Shown: one piece after another, positions 12,954 to 23,961 of the stretch
How the letters are laid out: each line of letters opens with the position of its first letter
Position numbering within the stretch: the stretch's first letter is position 1
NCBI GenBank assembly: GCA_977017645.1
Contig: OZ360234.1
Location: 28,148,001 to 28,212,000, forward strand
Reading direction: 5' to 3'
DNA from: Torpedo marmorata
Lineage: Eukaryota
DNA: 64,000 bases
Position numbers and translations under genes: made by a program
The notes under the pieces: model-generated
Told to the model about the DNA's origin: nothing
The model's input: the letters and a program-made list of their open reading frames with translations, nothing else
Database searches by the model: none

Positions 12954-13052
12954 CACCTTAATGATTATGATGTAATGTGTATCTGTAGATAGGCTATTAA
13001 AGTTAAAAGATTCCTTGCAAATCAAATAAACACATTTCCCCTTGACTTCTCT

Positions 13053-13301
13053 TAGACATACATACAAAATGGTAACAGGCCATTTCGGCCCACGAGTCCA
13101 TGCCGCCCAATTTACACCCAATTAACCTACACCCCCGGTACGTTTGAGAACGTTGGGAGGAAACCGGAGCCCCCGGGGAAAACTCACGCAGACACGGGGT
13201 GAACATACAAACTCCTTACAGACAGCGCGGTATTCAAACCCCGGTCCCGATCACTGGTGCAGTAAGGGTGTTGCGCCAACCACTACGCCAACCGTGCCGC
13301 C
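13053..13301 (-). mobile_element. tRNA-derived SINE (HE1/V-SINE-like), full length
   Basis: Minus strand begins ggcggcacggttggcgtagtgg (A box) and has B box ggtttgaatac. Same family as 60205-60460. Confidence 0.9.
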
Positions 13302-14279
13302 CTTAGTTTTCATTTTCCCACTGTGTCTGAAATTTTCGGCATTCCCTTGCTATTTTCTGTCTTTTTCGGTTCCACCATGTTTAATCAACTGAGGTAAATG
13401 TTTTTTTTTTAAACTGAGGTCAACGTTTTCATCGATTGGTAATATTCCAAAAGTCGTTCTAGTAGTTGTTCAAAATGGCAGCAACATCTAGTGTTGAAAC
13501 TAAGAAGTGCAATGTACATACAGTGCAATTTATTGTTAGAGACTATGTTCTAACGGGCCATATTCCATTTTATTTTTAAAATTCACCCGGGGCCACTTAA
13601 AAAAGGCCAACAGGCTGCAGTTGGTCCGGGGGCCATAGTTTGGCCACCCCTGATTTACACCATTGCCACCACTGTGGCACCTTGTCGTTACTCCCCCTTC
13701 TGTTGTTTGATGAGCTTCCTCTCGGACTCAGCCCCACAATGCCCAGTAATGAAAGGACTCTAGACCAGCCATTGACAAGGGGACCACAGAACATTTAGGG
13801 GGAGGGCATGGACTGAAATCATAAAATATTTTTTATGTAGTCGGTTGGAGAGAAGCATGGAAGAAACCAACTAAATTTGACTGCTTCACAGGGAAGGGGG
13901 CCTTAAACTTTGAGCAGAGTGTTAAGGGGGCCATAGCCAAAAAGATGGTTGAGAATGGCTGCTCTAGACCGTGGTCCTTCCCCACAGCACCCTCACGTTA
14001 GTTGCGCCAAACCTCAGTACGTCCATCAGCATGTACTCCAGCCTGGAATTTGCCAGTTGGCAGCATTCCCTCACCGACATCTCTACTTACTGAAAGAGTA
14101 ACAGGTTTCGGGCAGTCCACAGAGCATCTTTCACCGAGTTGATGGTCTTCCAGGAGTTCTGGATATCTGGCACTTTGTGCGTCCCCAGGAGCAGCCCATA
14201 AATCAGAGTCCTCTGTCTCGCTGCTGCTGGGGATGAACCATGGTAAGGACTCTTGCATCCTTCTCCACACACTCTAGGT

Positions 14280-15350
14280 GAATCTGCATTCGATCCCTAC
14301 TGAAGGCGGAGAGAAGATGTGTCTGGTGATAGGATCACATAGTGTGGCGGAAATGGCAGAGGATGATATGTTGGATGCAGAGGCTCGTGGTAGGTCACCT
14401 ACCACCCCACTAGCCACCACATCCAACATATCATCCTTCGCCATTTCTGCCACCTACTACATGATCCCACCACTAGACACATATTCCCCTTTCCTCCCCT
14501 CTCCGCCTTCCGCAGGGACCGCTCCCTCTGTGACTCCCTCGTCCACTCCTCCCTCCCCACCGATTGCCCCCTTGGCACCTACCCCTGTGACCGCAGGAGA
14601 TGCTCCTCTTGCGCCCACACCTCCTTACTCACCATCATTCGGCGCCCCAAACAGTCCTTCCAAGAGAAGCAACACCACCTGTGAATCTGTAGGGGTCATT
14701 TACTGCATCCGATGCTCCCGTTGTGGCCTCCTCTACATCGGAGAGACTGGATGCAGACTGTGAGATCGCTTCATTCAGCACCTTATCTCTGTCCATCGCA
14801 AAAGCGGGGATCTCCCAGTGGCCACCCATTTCAATTTCCCACCCCATTCCCATACCGACATGTCCGTCCATGGTCTCATGCACTGCCGGACTGAGACCAC
14901 CTGCAAATTGGAGGAACACCACCTCATATTCCATCTGGGCACCCTCCATCTGGATGGCATTAACATCAACTTCTCTGGTTTCTGTTAGCCACCACCCCCC
15001 CCCCATCTCATATCCCTATTTCTCCTTTCCTGTAGCTCTTTCTCTCTCTTTCTCTCCATCTTCTTTCCTCCAGCTCTGCATTCACAGAGCCATCTCCTAC
15101 CCCCAATCAATTTTCACCTTTCCTCTCCTGTCTTCCTCTCCATGTCCAATTATCACCTTTTGTCTGTTCACCTGTGCTCCTCCCCTTGCCCTTTCTTACC
15201 TTCTCCCCCAGCCTTTTTATTCAGATGCCTGTCTGCTTTTTGCTCGTACCTTGAAGAAGGGCTCAGGCCCGAAACGTTTGTTATATATCTTTACTTCTTT
15301 TGGACGCTGCGAGACCTGCCGAGTTCCTCCAGTATTTTTGTGTTTTTATT
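14280..15350 (+). mobile_element. Penelope-like retroelement (GIY-YIG endonuclease, 3' part) with inverted 5' fragment
   Basis: TCESVGVIYCIRCSRCGLLYIGETGCRL and KLEEHHLIFHLGTLHLDGINI are PLE GIY-YIG motifs. 14280-14390 is an inverted copy of 14400-14520. The tail has a hammerhead-like core. Confidence 0.9.
15245..15310 (+). ncRNA. putative minimal hammerhead ribozyme in the Penelope tail
   Basis: cttgaagaa-gggc-tcag-gccc-gaaac matches the core (C/U)UGAnGA, stem II, GAAA. PLE pseudo-LTRs are known to carry hammerheads. Core position 3 is U rather than the canonical C. Confidence 0.5.
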
Positions 15351-16449
15351 AAAATAGCCTGAAATGAGCAGCCTCTGTGGCAACACCTATGTCAGTGCTG
15401 AAAGGACCATTGAAACCCACCATTGTATCTGATTATTCCTTTCTGACTGATACAGTTTACAACAAACATTTATAACAAAAGTTGCTGCGGCATTACTAAG
15501 TTGCTGTTTGAGATTGAAGAGACCTTTCAAAAGCACAGACTCTTGTGGCCTGTTTTCAAGATGCAGAGTGGTGGATCAGGCTTGGAAAATCATAAAAATA
15601 TTCAGGGACTTTCAGGATAGAGCCAGAGGTGAATTTGTAAATGTAAGGGCAGATAGAACTGACATAACACTGAACCTCATTAGCACAGAGATTTTTATTT
15701 CAGATTATCTTGTGGGTAGCCTTTAGAATCTATTTTCCTGTGTACCCCAATGAGAAATTCAATTGTTCTGTTTACAAATGAGAAAATGGAGATTTCCTGT
15801 TTTTGCTGCAAATCTCAGTCCATTTCAGGATGTAATGTGCAGCCACGTTTATTTCATTGGAACTATTTCAACAGATATTTTCACTTTACTTTATGAAGTA
15901 TTCAGGCCAAAAAATGAGGTCCAACCTCCAATTATAAATCATAAATTGTTTGGATTTTAATTGGTTGAAATTTATGGCTGTTTGAATCTGTTCTTGCCAA
16001 GATTCAGTAGGTTAGAAGAGAAACATCTGTGGTCTTGATAACCAGGCACTGAAGTCAGTTCCAGTGGAGAAACATCGATGCCAACCTTTGAGAGGGTGTG
16101 TGCAGACAACCAGCTTGCTCTGATAACAGGCAGGTAAAACAGAAAGGTAAAGATTATAAATATGTAGGGTAAATACGAACATAAGTGAGTGCTAAATGAG
16201 GTCAAGAGTGTTAAACATGTTTCACTGAGCCAAGAGCAAAGTTGAGAAAAATACTGTTGAAGATGGGCAATGAGCAATAAACCTCACTACTGATCATCAC
16301 ACAGGGATAAGGAAGGCATCCTCTAAGTCTAAGCCAAGGGTCCAATAGCAGACTTGCTCCACTTCATCTCCCATCCCCCCACCCCCAGTCCTTATTACTG
16401 CACATTTCCACAGCCCTACAAATTAGGATCTATGGGCTCCTCTAATACA

Positions 16450-16960
16450 AGAGCACGAGAAAGTAGGAGCAGGAGTCAGCCACCAGGCCCCTTAAGCCTG
16501 CCCCATCCATCAATATGATCATGGCTGTTCAATCCCAAGTCTCAACTCCTTCTCTGTGTCAGTTCTACATTGCCCTCAATCCTCCAATCTTTCAAAAAGG
16601 TATCTGCCTCCTCTTTTAATACCTCCAATGATCTAGCCACCACAATTCTCTGTTTCCTGCATCATGCAAAGGAATGCTTTGATATCTCTGCACTCCACTC
16701 ATTTGCAGTCCCTCTCCATTTAAATAATTGTATGTATTTTGACTCCTCCTACTTTATTGCATGACCACACTTTTTTTTCATTAAATTCCATTTGTCGATA
16801 TCCTGTTTCAGAGTCCAAATATTTTCATTACAACATGCCCTCCCACCTGCGTTTGTGTCATAGGCAAGCTTCAATACTTTACATTCTGCTCCCTCCTCTG
16901 AGTCATGAATACAGAGAGTAAATAACAGGTCAAGAATCCTAGGGGTACTCCACAGGTTGC
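16450..16960 (-). mobile_element. degraded CR1 3' fragment
   Basis: gtaggagcaggagtcagccaccaggccccttaagcctgccccatccatcaatatgatcatggctg resembles the CR1 3'UTR at 21270-21340. Confidence 0.6.
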
Positions 16961-17854
16961 ATTGTTCTACCTGGAAAAAGACTGGAAAGATGTAACTAGT
17001 GGAATGGTTTCTTGCTTACCTCCAAATTCAATCGCTTCACTCTTGATAATGGTATCTTCACCAGCCAAGGCCCGAAGCTCTGGAATTCCTTCACAAAACC
17101 TCCAGCTCTCTTTCCTTCATTAAAATCCAATTTAAAATCTATTTCTTTTCCTTGCATTGGGGTCAGCACCATCTTTTATTTGGCTCAGTAACACCTTTTA
17201 CTTCATCATGCTTCTATGAAGTGCCTGGGAGGCTTTGTACACTAAAGATATCATAAATAGAAATGATGTTTGCATTAAAATGTTAGACTGTCTAATGTCC
17301 AAACCAGGTAGATGGACTGTTTACCCATTAATAGACCTGTCTGAAAATGGCATCTGCTGAATCTGGGTACTGGCAAAGTGGGTTAGGTTCTAATTTGCCA
17401 CAAAAGACCATTAATTTTCCAGGCATGGTAAAGGCAACCAGCCAATGAAGAACTATTTCCATGTCTGTTCCTACATTGTTGTAATTAGACGATTGATATC
17501 ATGCCCAGGTACATCCTGAGATTTCCTTATCATGGACCAAAACAGATAAATTTGAATGATGATTAAAGGTAAAGGTGTAGCGGGCCGAGCGGTTCCATTA
17601 TTGTCACGTAATACTACATTTAGAATGTAACATACATGAAATTCTTTAATTTTTGTCTAAAGGAAACTTCAGAAGAAAGTTTTTAAGTAAAGAGAGGTGC
17701 AATATGCTGCAGTGCTTTTCAAGGCCAACCCAGCAAGTTTAGTTGTCATATTATACCTAGTGAAGGGTTCTTCTGCAAACACTCTCACAGATCAACTCTA
17801 ACATACAGCCGTATGAAGTAGAACAAGAGCACTATAACAGAGCATAGAATTGAT

Positions 17855-18450
17855 GATTTCTGCAGAAACCCTCAGCAGATTTGGTCATACCCATGGAAAC
17901 ATAAACAGGGTTAACCCTTCACGTCCTAGGTCCTTCATTAGAATTGGGAAAGAGAGAAAACATGTCAAACCAGGTAAGAGATGGATGGATAGCACAAAAG
18001 GAATATATTTGATAGGATGAGGCCAAATGGGTCCATGTGGTAGATAGAGAGAGAATGTGCTTCTGTGTTGTGTTGATAATTGCAGAACTGTGGGACATGC
18101 CCAGCAGATCAGCTGTACTAATTAAATGAGAGAAACTGAGCCAAAAGCTCAGATGGATGACTGGCAGAAATTGCTGGTTCTGATACGAGCAAGTGACCTT
18201 AAGTTGCCAATTGGATACAGAGTCTGGAAGACTGCAATGTGCCCAGAAAGAGGTGCTGTTCCTCAAGCTTGAATTGGGGTTTAATTGTAACAGTGGGGGA
18301 GGGCACAGACAGGAAGGTCAGAGTGGAATCAGAGTGGAGAATTCCAGTAGAGTCACAACTGAAGATGGCACACAGGTTTCTCTGCAAAGTGGTCACCCAA
18401 TCTTGTTACCCGCATTTTCTGGTTTTCATTTCGTATTTTCAGCATCTGTT
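17855..18450. mobile_element. old Penelope-like remnant
   Basis: Minus strand encodes KLEEQHLFLGTLQSSRLCIQL (PLE C-terminal motif) and has a tail like 7740-7835. Confidence 0.55.
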
Positions 18451-21059
18451 TTATTATTATTATTTCCTAATACTTGAGTGGAATGCAATAAAAAGGAGGA
18501 TGAGCACATTGGTCTGAGAGTATAGTTCACATGGAATACAAACTCAAATACAGATTAAAAGTCAAAAACCCTGCAGATGCAGGAAATCTAAAACAATCTA
18601 ACGTTGAGCTTTTCCAGCATTTTCTATTTTTGTTTCAATACATATTAATTATTTAAATGGCTAATTTTTTCTTTGAATACATATAATTCCATATACTGTA
18701 CAAAACTAATCATAGAAACTTTACATTTTATTAAAAATTGAGGAGCATGATTTCAAAACTAACTCATTTTATTTTGCAAAATCTTTTACATTCAAGGATA
18801 AACGTAGAAAAATACTTTGTATTTGTTTATCTGTTTTAAAATCTATGAAATAAGCAACTAGAAGCTCCAATCTGCATCAAGATAGAACAACGTCTTTCTC
18901 TGAAATTGAGTGCACCTTCCTAAACAGAAGGAAAATAAATGGATTATCCCACTTCTTTAACATAAAAACAGACATGCATGTGCAAAACCAAATATTATTA
19001 AGGACATGGAGCACAACATCCTAGAAAATCCAAAGTAGACAAAGCTTTAATAGTTACAAAGAATCCAGTCCCACTCCAGCTCCCAACCATAATTTTATAT
19101 CTAGCTGGAAAAGTTGGTTCTTGGTCTGACAAGATTCCAAACTGACATTGTTTCATCTCAGGCCAGACAAGGAACAAACAATTCAGAACATTTGAACAGC
19201 TCAGGAAGAGTTGACTGAAAAGGAGAACCCCACTCTAGCACATTTACTGCAGCATGGAACAGGCTGACGTGTAGTTGAGAGCTTGGTCTAATATCCCTGC
19301 TTTTCTGCATATTCAAGTGTGTACAACTTTAAAGGAATATTTCATGTTTCATCCTATGTTATTTGGCCGCCACTCAAAAAGTCGATTAGCAGCGGCATTT
19401 CATTGTCATTCATCCAAAATAATGTCGAGACATTTTATTCTGACACTGGTCTTCAGGTAAACCTTTTCTGGTTTAGCAAACATCCAGAGCAACCTGCCTG
19501 TTCAGTGATCCCTCCTTAAGATACTGGTTTTCCTGTTCAATGTTATCAGCTCTGCTGAAATATTGACATTGAGCAATGCACAATCTCAGATGTATAATTG
19601 AGACAAGAGCAAGAGATGCATTTAAGATCTGTGCTGAGAGGTTCATCCTCAGGCATGCAGTACAAATGCTGTATAGTAGTATCGACCTATGATACTCTGC
19701 CTGTGAAATTCATTTCATTGACACACTATGAATACAGCACACAAGTGCTACTGACACTGGTCTTCAGAGTTTCCGAGCTCACATTTTCCAGTCACAGATA
19801 GTGATGAGTGCTGGTGCCTGTGTAACCTGAGAGTAGTGGAGCTAATTAAATAAACATTGTATTCCAGCAAATGTGGCCAACTAACTCAGGGTTTGAAGGG
19901 TTTCGTTTAACAGTCCATCATGCATTTAATTCACTGGAGAGAGCTTTGTTGGGTGATATAATCATTTGTTTCCAAAGTCAAATGGTGAAGGCAACTTGCG
20001 TTCTTAATGGAACCCGTCCTTACAAAAGGGAACTGGATAAGCAGTTGAGAGATGATAGTTGCAGGGCAGGGGAGTAGAACTGAGGATTTCTCTTGCTGGA
20101 GCTAGCACAGTTGTGATGGACTGAAGAGTCTTCTGCTCTGTATTCTATAACATTTCAAAACAATAACACCAATGGTAGGTATATAAAAGCATATGGTCAA
20201 TTGTTAGCAAAGTTATTCCCTCTGCATTGAGCTTCCATTGTAAAGAGTGGGTATCCTGGAGAAAATGTGTTGGCTGACAGTTTGGGGGAGAGCTGGTCAT
20301 GGTGATGGGAAGAGGGTGGTGAAGGGGATAAGTTTATGGGGGTGAAATTAAAATCATTTGGGGTGAGAGGAAGTGAGATGGTCAGATCATAGGGTTTGAG
20401 GAAATGAATGAGTTGGTAATAACGGGCAGTGGTACAATACACCGACATGCTGACTCAGACCATGCCATTGCACCTCCTCATTCCTTGCTACCGGTTAGCA
20501 TTTAGTAGAATTGGTCTGGGACCAGATCACATACATAAAACTAATTTCACCAAGATAAGTTAAACCTTTATAAAAACATTCTACTTTCTTTTAGGACAAC
20601 ATGTTGATTGTGACAGTCAGAGGATTGAGAGAGAATGAAAGACAAATTATTTCCGTTTTATGCCTTCCAAAAACAAATTCATCCTCTGGAATATCAAAAG
20701 CACACCGAATCCTAATTTGGAAGGAACACCAGGCCCAAGTGGCTGAATTTCTGGGATTGGAAGAAAAACTCCATTGTAGCCTCCAATAAAGTTTCCAGTA
20801 AGATAGCAGCTGTTTCATTTTCTGAAGACAGCAGTTACTTTGTTACAACTGGCAACCGACACGTTAAGTTCTGGTACTTAAATGACTCCAAAGCATGCAA
20901 GGCAAATATTACTGTTCCCTTAATAGGACGATCTGGATTATTAGGTGAGCTCCTAATAACATTTTCTCTAGAGTGGCACGTGGTAAAGGGAAGATGGCAA
21001 GAAGCACCTTTTGCATCACCAGTTCTGGTCTTCTCTGCCAGTTCAATGGAAAAAGAGTA

Positions 21060-23961
21060 CAGACAGTCCCTGGGTTACGAACGTCCGGGTTATGAACAAC
21101 TCGTACTTAAGAACGGGCTGTTCCCCAATTCGCGCATGCGTATAATTGTGCCCCAATTCGCGCGTGCGCATTGTGCGAATTGTGCCCCCAATTGGCAAAT
21201 GCGCATTATGCCCCAATTCGCGCATGCGCATAATGTTACTTCATGAACGCTAAATAATAGACAATAGCCAATAGGTGCAGGAGAAGGCCATTCGGCCCTT
21301 CGAGCCAGCACCGCCATTCACTGTGATCATGGATGATCATCCACTATCAGTACCCCGTTCTTCCTTCTCCCCATATCCCTTGACTCTGCTATCTTTAAGA
21401 GCTCTATCTAACTCTTTCTTGAAAACATCCAGAGAATTGGCCTCCACTGCCTTCTGAGGCAGAGCATTCCACAGATCCACAACTCTCTGGGTGAAAATGT
21501 TTTTCCTCAACTCCGCTCTAAATGGCCTACCCCTTATTCTTAAACTGTGGCCTCTGGTTCTCGACTCCCCCAACATTGGGAACATGCTTCCTGCCTCTAG
21601 CGTGTCCAATCCCTTAATAATCTTATATGTTTCAATCAGATCCCCTCTCATCCTTCTAAATTCCAGTGTATACAAGCCCAATCGCTCCAATCTTTCAACA
21701 TATGACTGTCCCACCATCCCGGAAATTAACCTCGTGAACCTACGCTGCACTCCCTCAATAGCAAGAATGTCTTTCCTCAAACCTAGAGACCAAAACTGCA
21801 CACAATACTCCAGGTGTGGTCTCACCAGGGCCCTGTACAACTGCAGAAGGACCTCTTTGCTCTTAGACTCAACTCCCCTTGTTATGAAGGCCAACATGCC
21901 ATTAGCTTTCTTCACTGCCTGCTGTACCTGCCTGCTTACTTTCAGTGACTGATGAACAAGGACACCTAGATTTCGTTGTACTTCCTCTTTTCCTAACTTG
22001 ACCACATTCAGATAGTAATCCGCCTCCCTGTTCTTGCCACCAAAGTGGATAACCTCACATTTATCCACATTAAACCGCATCTGCCATGCATCTGCCCACT
22101 CACCCAACCTGTCCAAGTCACCCTGTATTCTCATAACATCCTCCTCACATTTCACACTGCCACCCAGCTTCGTGTCATCTGTAAATTTGCTAATGTTACT
22201 TTTAATCCCTTCATCTAAATCATTAACGTATATTGTAAACAGCTGCGGTCCCAGCACCGATCCTTGCGGTACCCCACTAGTCACTGCCTGCCATTCTGAA
22301 AGGGACCCGTTAATCCCTACTCTTTGTTTCCTGTCTGCCAATCAATTTTCTATCCATGTCAGTACCCTACCCCCCAATACCATGTGCTCTAATTATGCCC
22401 ACTAATCTCCTATGTGGGACCTTATCAAAGGCTTTCTGAAAGTCCAGGTACACTACATCAACTGGCTCTCCCTTATACATTTTCATAGTTACATCTTCAA
22501 AAAATTCCAGAAGATTAGTCAAGCATGATTTCCCCTTTGTAAATCCATGCTGATTCGGACTGATCCTGTTACTGCTATCCAAATGTACCGCTATTTCATC
22601 TTTTATAATTGACTCCAGCATCTTCCCCACCACTGATGTCAGGCTAACTGGTCTGTAATTCCCTGTTTTCTTTCTCCCTCCTTTCTTAAAAAGTGGGATA
22701 ACATTAGCTCCCCTCCAATCCACAGGAAATGATCCTGAATCTATAGAACATTGGAAAATGATTACCAATGCGTCCACTATTTCTAGAGCCACCTCCTTAA
22801 GTACCCTGGGATGCAGACCATCAGGCCCTGGGGATTTATCAGCCTTTAGTCCCATCAGCCTACCCAACACCATTTTCTGCCTAATGTGAATTTCCTTCAG
22901 TTCCTCCATTACCCTAGGTCCTCTGTCCACTATTACATCTGGGAGGTTGTTTGTGTCTTCCCTAGTGAAGACAGATCCAAAGTACCTGTTCAACTCTTCT
23001 GCCATTTCCTTGTTCCCCATAATAATTTCACCCATTTGTCTTCAAGGGCCCAACTTTGAACTTAACTAATTTTTTCCTCTTTACATACCTAAAGAAGCTT
23101 TTACTATCCTCCTTTATATTCTTGACTAGCCTACCTTCGTACCTCATCTTTTCTCCCTGTATTGCCTTTTTAGTTATCTTCTGTTGCCCTTTAAAAGTTT
23201 CCCAATCTTCTGGCTTTCCGCTCGTCTTTGCTGAGTTATACTTCTTCTCTTTTATTTTTATACTCTCCTTGACTTCCCTGGTCAGCCACGGTCGCCCCTT
23301 ACTCCCCTTAGAATCTTTCTTCCTCTTTGGAATGAACTGATCCTGCACCTTCTTGTATTATTCCCAGAAATACCTGCCATTGTTGTTCCACTGTCATCTC
23401 TGCTAGGGTATCTTTCCAGTCAACTTTGGCCAGCTCCTCCCTCATGGCTCCATAGTTCCCTTTGTTCAACTGTAATATTGACACTTCTGATTTTCCCTTC
23501 TCCCTCTCAAATTGTGGATTAAAACTTATCATATTATGGATTAAAAGTATTATATATGAATGCACGGTATAAGAAATAAAGTGGATGAGCTTGAGGCTCA
23601 GTTGGAAATTGGCAAGTATGATGTTGTAGGAATAACAGAGACATGGCTGCAAGAGGACCAGGACTGGGAAATGAATATTCAAGGATATACGTCCTATCGA
23701 AAGGACAGACAGGTGGGCAGAGGGGGTGGGGTGGCTCTGTTGGTGAGGAATGAAATTCAGTCCCTTGCGAGGGGTGACATAGAATCAGGAGATGTAGAGT
23801 CAGTATGGATAGAACTGAGAAATTGTAAGGGCAAAAATACCCTAATGGGAGTTATCTACAGGCCCCGTAAAAACCGTAAGTACCTGTTCTGCCTTACGTA
23901 CAAATTCGGCTTATGGACAGACCCAGGTAATGGAACTCGTTCGTAACCTGGGGACTGCTTG
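21060..23961. mobile_element. Tigger/pogo-type MITE inserted in the WDR62 retrocopy
   Basis: TIRs cagacagtccctgggttacgaacg / cgttcgtaacctggggactgcttg with TA TSD (21058-21059, 23962-23963). Removing it restores AGA GTA CTT GAT AAA TGG (RVLDKW). Internal ccccaattcgcgcatgcg repeats at 21122-21235. Confidence 0.9.
21256..23866 (-). mobile_element. CR1 LINE ORF2 with an inverted 5' segment
   Basis: Minus-strand RT (SGVPQGSVLGP, KFTDDTKL, YLDFQKAFDKV) with (ctattgt)n tail at ~21256. The endonuclease N-terminus (YDVVGITETWL, RKDR..RGGGVALLV, GVIYRP) lies on the plus strand at ~23540-23866. Confidence 0.93.

Larger units (their letters stand above)
11476..13652. mobile_element. non-autonomous hAT element carrying nested Rex1 and SINE insertions
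   Basis: TIRs c(gt)gggtggccaaac / gtttggccacccctg. 8-bp TSD atttactc (11468-11475) / atttacac (13653-13660). Confidence 0.8.
11341..14275 (-). mobile_element. Tx1-like LINE 3' part, interrupted
   Basis: Reverse-complement homology to 51290-51655 (3' end aataaagtctatttt). Encodes WKTINSVKDALWTARNLLLFQ. Split by the hAT element at 11476-13652. Confidence 0.75.

Noticed and set aside
17565-17660. ~75-bp sequence duplicated at 41722-41795
   Set aside because: Most likely a dispersed retroelement tail, not a locus-specific duplication.
19440-19768. 17-bp direct repeat ctgacactggtcttcag about 310 bp apart
   Set aside because: Only two copies with no array, TIR or LTR structure; not interpretable.
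21122-21235. Short repeats with variable spacers (CRISPR-like appearance)
   Set aside because: Eukaryotic context, tiny related spacers, inside a MITE, no cas genes.
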